From a bacterium (GTDB lineage Bacteria > Verrucomicrobiota > Kiritimatiellia > CAIVKH01), in the NCBI GenBank assembly GCA_043802525.1, contig JAZDKY010000082.1:15389-79388 (forward strand): a DNA stretch of 64,000 nt, written 5' to 3'. Below are positions 59,767 to 64,000 of this stretch, in pieces. Each line of letters opens with the position of its first letter. The stretch's first letter is position 1. The translations under genes and the position numbers were made by a program. The notes beneath the pieces were generated by a model. That model saw only the letters and a program-made list of their open reading frames with translations. It was not told the origin of the DNA and did no database searches.

Positions 59767-59827
59767 GTAGCCGCGCCTCTGCGAGGCGCGCAGGTCTGGG
59801 ACGCACGCCTCGCAGAGGCGTGGCTAC
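59767..59827. terminator. 22-bp-arm hairpin between convergent transcription units
   Basis: gtagccgcgcctctgcgaggcg (59767-59788) pairs with cgcctcgcagaggcgtggctac (59806-59827) with one mismatch. Confidence 0.5.
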
Positions 59828-59833
59828 ACTTCC

Positions 59834-59962
59834 TCACTGCAGGAACGTGACGAATGCGCGCCCGGCCAGCAGCACGACCACGACGGTCCACACCACGCAG
59901 AAGCACCGGAACAACCACAACACGACGCCCCAAGTGATTTCGGTGATATGGTCCCATTTCAT
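59834..59962 (-). CDS. possible 42-aa hydrophobic peptide at the 3' end of the HK-RR operon
   Basis: Own translation: MKWDHITEITWGVVLWLFRCFCVVWTVVVVLLAGRAFVTFLQ*. SD-like gggga lies 6 nt upstream. The hairpin 59767-59827 follows. It is below the ORF-track cut-off. Confidence 0.25.
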   Translation of the reverse strand: MKWDHITEITWGVVLWLFRCFCVVWTVVVVLLAGRAFVTFLQ

Positions 59963-60038
59963 AAGAGTCCCCATGTTCAAGGGAAGTCTAACGGGGCGCG
60001 AGGGAGCGTGCATGTAGGATTGCGCCTACACGGGGCGG

Positions 60039-60671
60039 TCAGTCGATCAGCAGCGCGTCCAGCGCGTACCGCACGATTTCCGCGTTGTTGGCGAGATTGA
60101 GTTTCTCCATGAGACGCGTGCGGTAGGTCGTAACGGTCTTCTGGCTCACCCCGATCTGCTTGGCGACTTCCTTGACGGACAGGCCGCTGGCGATGTGGGT
60201 CAGCACCTCGAACTCCCGGTGCGAGAGCGAGCCGAGGGCCCCTTTGCGACAGCCCTCCTTCATGACGCCTTCAAGCTTATCGGCCATGACCGGTGAGATG
60301 AATCGCCGGCCCTCAACGACCGCACGGATGGCGCTCATCAGTTCCTCAACGGGCGCACCCTTGACCACGTAGCCGTGCGCCCCTTTCTTCAGCGCTTGGA
60401 TCGCGTATTGGGGGTGGTCATACATGGTCAGCATGATGATGCGGAGCTTCGGCTGAAGCCTCCGGATTTTCCGGATGATGCTCATCCCGCTGCCGTCGGC
60501 CAGCTTGATGTCGAGAAGAATGACGTGGAACTTCGCAGCCCGAAGGAATTTCAAGATATCGCGGGTGCTGCCCGCTTCCGCCGCGATCCGGATGTCCGGG
60601 GAGGATTCGAACCGCGCGCAGATGCCCTCACGCAGCATCACGTGATCGTCCGCTAGCAGCACATCTATCAT
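60039..60671 (-). CDS. NarL/LuxR-family response regulator
   Basis: MIDVLLADDHVMLREG...VILLDIKLADGSG receiver plus LSHREFEVLTHIASGLSVKEVAKQIGVSQKTVTTYRTRLMEKL HTH. Confidence 0.92.
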   Translation of the reverse strand: MIDVLLADDHVMLREGICARFESSPDIRIAAEAGSTRDILKFLRAAKFHVILLDIKLADGSGMSIIRKIRRLQPKLRIIMLTMYDHPQYAIQALKKGAHGYVVKGAPVEELMSAIRAVVEGRRFISPVMADKLEGVMKEGCRKGALGSLSHREFEVLTHIASGLSVKEVAKQIGVSQKTVTTYRTRLMEKLNLANNAEIVRYALDALLID

Positions 60672-60705
60672 GTGGCCGTATCGTACCAGCGGCCATGGGG
60701 CGGTG

Positions 60706-63597
60706 TTACCGCTTTCTATGTAGGATTGTGCCTACACGGCGCGGGCGCGTCGACGCGCGCAACGGCACCGTCGCCCGAATGCGCGTCCCCGTGCCCGGGG
60801 ACGACCGGATGTCGAGCAGGCCTCCACATCCCGTGAGCCGTTCTTTCATGCCGATGAGCCCGATACCACGCCGCCGCGTGAGACTACCGACATTGAACCC
60901 GTGCCCGTTGTCCTGGATTTCCAACACGGCCTTGGTCTTGTTCGTCGTGAACGACACCTTCACCCGCGTCGCGCGCGCGTGGCGAGCGGCGTTGGTCAGC
61001 GCCTCCTGCAGCACGCGGTACAGGCAGGTTCGCAGCGCATCGCAGAACACATTCCCGTCCGACTCGACGGAGCAGACCACCTTCAGGCCGGCACGCCGGT
61101 TGTATTCCCGGCACAAGGCTTTCAACCCGGCCGCGATTCCGAATTCGTCCAGCGTCGGCGGGCGCAGCGACCCGGCCAGGCCGCGCACAACATCCAGCGC
61201 CGACTGGGCCCGCTTTGCCGCGCGGCGGACAATGGCGGCGGATTTCCGGTCCGACGTCTTCACCGCGCCGAGTTCCATCGCGGTCAGTGTGAGGATCTGT
61301 CCCACATCGTCGTGCAACACGTCGCTGAGCTTCTTGCGCTCTTCTTCCTGGAACTCGAGGATCTTGTTGGCGAGGCGGGCATGCTCCTCCTCGAGGCGAT
61401 TGCGGTAGAGGGCATCAAACAGAATCTCGCCCATCAGCGTCAGAAGACCGCTGTTCTCGGGGTTCCACCGGCACGTCCGGCGGGTGCATCCGAACAACAA
61501 GCAGCCCGTGACACGGCCACGCCCCACGACCGGAACGACCACAAAGGAGAAGACGCCTGCGCCCTCGGCGACCTTTCGCTCGAAATCCGCATCCGCGGGC
61601 AGATCGGCGACGCGCTCCACCTTGACAATCTCGCCCGCCAGCACCCGCGGCGCAATATACCGGGCATGGTCGATCCGCATTTCGTGCAAAAGGCCCTTGA
61701 CCGACGGCACACCCCGGGCCCGCCATTCGTGAACCTCGGTGACGATCGTCATATCGTCCGAGAACAGGAGCAGGTTCGAGGTCTGCGCGCCGAGCAACCC
61801 GGCGATTCTCGACAGGGCATTGCGGACACGCTTTTCCATCGTGCCCCCCACGAGGCTGCCGAGATCCGTCGCCACGAGCATCGTGATGCGCTCTGATTCC
61901 ACACGCCGGAACAATTGCTCCTCCGCCCGCTTGCGCTTCGTAATGTCGAACGCCACGCCGAGCACGGCGGGCCGCCCGTCGGAATCGACCGTGTTGCTGC
62001 TGAAGTCCACCCAGCGGTCCTCGCCCTGCTTCGTGCGGATCTTAAGCTCGTACCGCGACAGAACCTTCTCGCCGCGCTGGCGCGCCATGCCACGCTCCCT
62101 GACCAGCTCCTGGTAGTCGGGGTGGATGAGATCCCAGAAATTCATGCGCATCAATTCTTCCTGTGAGTAACCGCTTATCCGCGATGCGGCCGGATTCACG
62201 TAGGTCAACGCCGACGCCTGGAACAGGAAGATCGATGCGTTCACCGTCTCCGCCAGCGAGCGGAATTTCTTTTCGCTCTCGCGGAGCACCGTCTCGGCGC
62301 GCCGGCGCTGCAGCACATTCGCCATCATGGAGCACAGCACGGCCACCAGGTCCTGTCTCAGCGGATCGAAGGCTGACCCGGAGATGGCCGCGTCGTTGCA
62401 GAAAAGCGCCATCGGCTTCCGGCCGGGCTGGGCAATCGGCGTGCACGCCACCCACCCGCGGCCCACGACGGACCTGCCCGCGCCGTTCCATGCGTAGATC
62501 GGCGCGTCCGGAAGAAGACGCCAAAGGTCACGGGTGTCCTTTGGCCGGAGGGCATCGCGCCAGCCTTCATCGCCCGGGAATCGCAGAGTCCGCTCGTCCG
62601 TCGTCCGCCCTTCAAGGTCGGTGCCGTACGTTCCCTGGAATAGGTCGCCGTCCTCGACGAACACGGCCGCGCGTTCGATGCCCAGCCGCGCCCGGACCAG
62701 TTCCACCATGCGCCGGTAGGTGGTATCCACGTCCGGGCATGCGATCAACTCGTCCGCAATGTCGATAACCGCGCGCAGCCCGCGCGCCATGGCCTGCAGG
62801 CGGGACTCCTCGGCCTTGCGCTCGGTGATGTCCTGCGCGAACACGACCACACCGATGGATGTGCCGTCGTCCGCGAAATAGGGAACCTTGTCCGTCTGTA
62901 TCCAGCGCCTCTCACCATCCGTTGTCGTGAACTCCTCCACGATGCCCAGCTTCGGCTTGCCCGACCGGATGACCTCGAGGTCGTTCTTGTGGTAGCTCGC
63001 CGCCTCGCGCGGATGCAGATCGTACGCCGACTTGTTCTCGATTTCCTCGAGACGACGCCCTACGGCCTCGGCGGCGCGGCGGTTGGCGCGGACAATCACG
63101 TTGTGGGAGTCCTTGATCCAGACCATCGCCGGAATCGTATCGAGCAGGACCTGCTGTTCGATGGCGTGTTTGCGAAGCTCGACGTGGGCGTCCCGGCGCG
63201 CGTTTGCGGCGGTGCGGCGGTCCGTGATGTCCTCGACAATACCCATGACCCGCTGGACTTTCCCATCGCGGTCACGCAACCGGATGCCGCGGTCGCCCAC
63301 CCAGCGAATGGTCCCGTCGGGACGGATGACGCGGTACTCGAGGTTGAAGCGATCCCCTTTTCTCTCATCGAACCCCGCCGTGACGGACGCCTTGTCGTCC
63401 GGATGAATGGCATCGAACCACGAGCGGGTCATGGCCATGACGCTTTCGCGGGAACGGCCCCAGATATCCTCGTAGGCCTTGCTGGCAAACAAGGTCTTCT
63501 CATCGGCCGTCGCGACATAAACGCACTGGCTGATGCTGTCGATCAATTCACGGAAAAGCGCTTCGCGCTCCAGCGCCTGCACGGCTTCGTCGGTCAT
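60706..63597 (-). CDS. multi-PAS/GAF sensor histidine kinase (HisKA_3 type)
   Basis: ATG 63597 has a ggagg SD 6 nt upstream. About four PAS modules and a GAF-like module. H-box LHDDVGQILT, HATPase LQEALTNAARHA...DNGHGF...GIGLIGMKERL. The stop lies 34 nt upstream of the RR start. Confidence 0.88.
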   Translation of the reverse strand: MTDEAVQALEREALFRELIDSISQCVYVATADEKTLFASKAYEDIWGRSRESVMAMTRSWFDAIHPDDKASVTAGFDERKGDRFNLEYRVIRPDGTIRWVGDRGIRLRDRDGKVQRVMGIVEDITDRRTAANARRDAHVELRKHAIEQQVLLDTIPAMVWIKDSHNVIVRANRRAAEAVGRRLEEIENKSAYDLHPREAASYHKNDLEVIRSGKPKLGIVEEFTTTDGERRWIQTDKVPYFADDGTSIGVVVFAQDITERKAEESRLQAMARGLRAVIDIADELIACPDVDTTYRRMVELVRARLGIERAAVFVEDGDLFQGTYGTDLEGRTTDERTLRFPGDEGWRDALRPKDTRDLWRLLPDAPIYAWNGAGRSVVGRGWVACTPIAQPGRKPMALFCNDAAISGSAFDPLRQDLVAVLCSMMANVLQRRRAETVLRESEKKFRSLAETVNASIFLFQASALTYVNPAASRISGYSQEELMRMNFWDLIHPDYQELVRERGMARQRGEKVLSRYELKIRTKQGEDRWVDFSSNTVDSDGRPAVLGVAFDITKRKRAEEQLFRRVESERITMLVATDLGSLVGGTMEKRVRNALSRIAGLLGAQTSNLLLFSDDMTIVTEVHEWRARGVPSVKGLLHEMRIDHARYIAPRVLAGEIVKVERVADLPADADFERKVAEGAGVFSFVVVPVVGRGRVTGCLLFGCTRRTCRWNPENSGLLTLMGEILFDALYRNRLEEEHARLANKILEFQEEERKKLSDVLHDDVGQILTLTAMELGAVKTSDRKSAAIVRRAAKRAQSALDVVRGLAGSLRPPTLDEFGIAAGLKALCREYNRRAGLKVVCSVESDGNVFCDALRTCLYRVLQEALTNAARHARATRVKVSFTTNKTKAVLEIQDNGHGFNVGSLTRRRGIGLIGMKERLTGCGGLLDIRSSPGTGTRIRATVPLRASTRPRRVGTILHRKR

Positions 63598-63905
63598 AAA
63601 AACCTCCGTTCCCGGGGTCTTGGCCAAGTTTTCAATCCTTGGACAGTGTCCCAAATTCTTGAGTTTTGTGAAGCAGAGTCCGCGATGTCCGGGGAGCGCA
63701 CGCGTCTCGCGTGCTGCCATCGGCGTCTCGCCGATGGCAGCACCTCGAAAAATCATCGAATCTCCCGAACTCAAGAAGTTGGGACGCCGCCAATCCTTGG
63801 AAATTTCTTTCTAAATCCATCCAATCGTTGGAAAGTGTCGGAACTTATGGAGTGCGGCGGCCCGGCGGTGCGCGGGGCCGCCGCACTCCAAATGTAAAAA
63901 CCATC

Positions 63906-64000
63906 GTGGCTGAAGGCTTCCAGACCGGGATCGATACGCTGCTGGCGGACCGCGAGGACCTGCTCGCCAGACGCCGCGTCGGCCTGCTCGCCCATCCGGC
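63906..64000 (+). CDS. 5' end of a DUF1343 (NamZ-like exo-muramidase family) gene; continues past the right edge
   Basis: Own translation from GTG 63906: VAEGFQTGIDTLLADREDLLARRRVGLLAHP... matches the characteristic DUF1343 N-terminus (tGiD.L......l.g.rvGLltn). Only 31 codons are visible. Confidence 0.4.
   Translation, partial: MAEGFQTGIDTLLADREDLLARRRVGLLAHP

Noticed and set aside
63771-63995. 74-aa minus-strand ORF at the right edge
   Set aside because: The plus strand in this interval begins a DUF1343-type N-terminus, and the minus-strand translation is featureless.

Overview
This is a 64 kb high-GC bacterial chromosome segment; hand-sampled 60-nt lines run about 60-72% G+C. I infer a PVC-like origin (Verrucomicrobiota/Planctomycetota type) from the prepilin/H-X9-DG-like protein, the giant beta-helix/cadherin-like/FG-GAP surface proteins and the dense families of intergenic hairpin repeats. 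Layout: (i) 1-9.3 kb holds an rsmB-like 5' end, a clan GH-A-like lipoprotein, a pseudopilin-like gene, two divergent GH99-like genes, pdxB and a Zn-ribbon gene. (ii) 9.8-31.5 kb holds three giant secreted multidomain proteins (about 2500, 1430 and 2350 aa) plus an orphan CheY. Two of the giants share a ~0.5 kb 5' leader plus signal peptide and an internal near-identical block. One has a frameshifted N-terminus and an RCC1 propeller nested inside an FN3-like domain. (iii) 32.5-43.2 kb is a complete reductive pyrimidine-catabolism cluster (preT, preA, dihydropyrimidinase, M20 amidohydrolase, AGXT2-like transaminase, mmsA, ald). Every intercistronic gap there carries a hairpin built from 6-8 nt tandem units that abuts or overlaps the upstream stop codon. 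(iv) 43.3-46.7 kb is a low-GC islet bracketed by two direct copies of a ~100-nt hairpin repeat. It carries an MNT gene plus a truncated HEPN, an SHD1 secreted protein, an FRG-domain gene plus a TraB/TIKI-like gene, and a DUF2726-like fragment. This islet is the best candidate here for an undescribed conflict/defence module. (v) 46.7-50.6 kb is an RRM / DEAD-box helicase / RRM cluster with conserved structured leaders. (vi) The rest is housekeeping (AI-2E, msrB, hemB, a fused spermidine-synthase-like protein) and two two-component loci. I recognised no rRNA, tRNA, CRISPR array, integrase or intact transposase. Most long ORFs in the track that lie opposite or out of frame to these genes are high-GC shadow ORFs.
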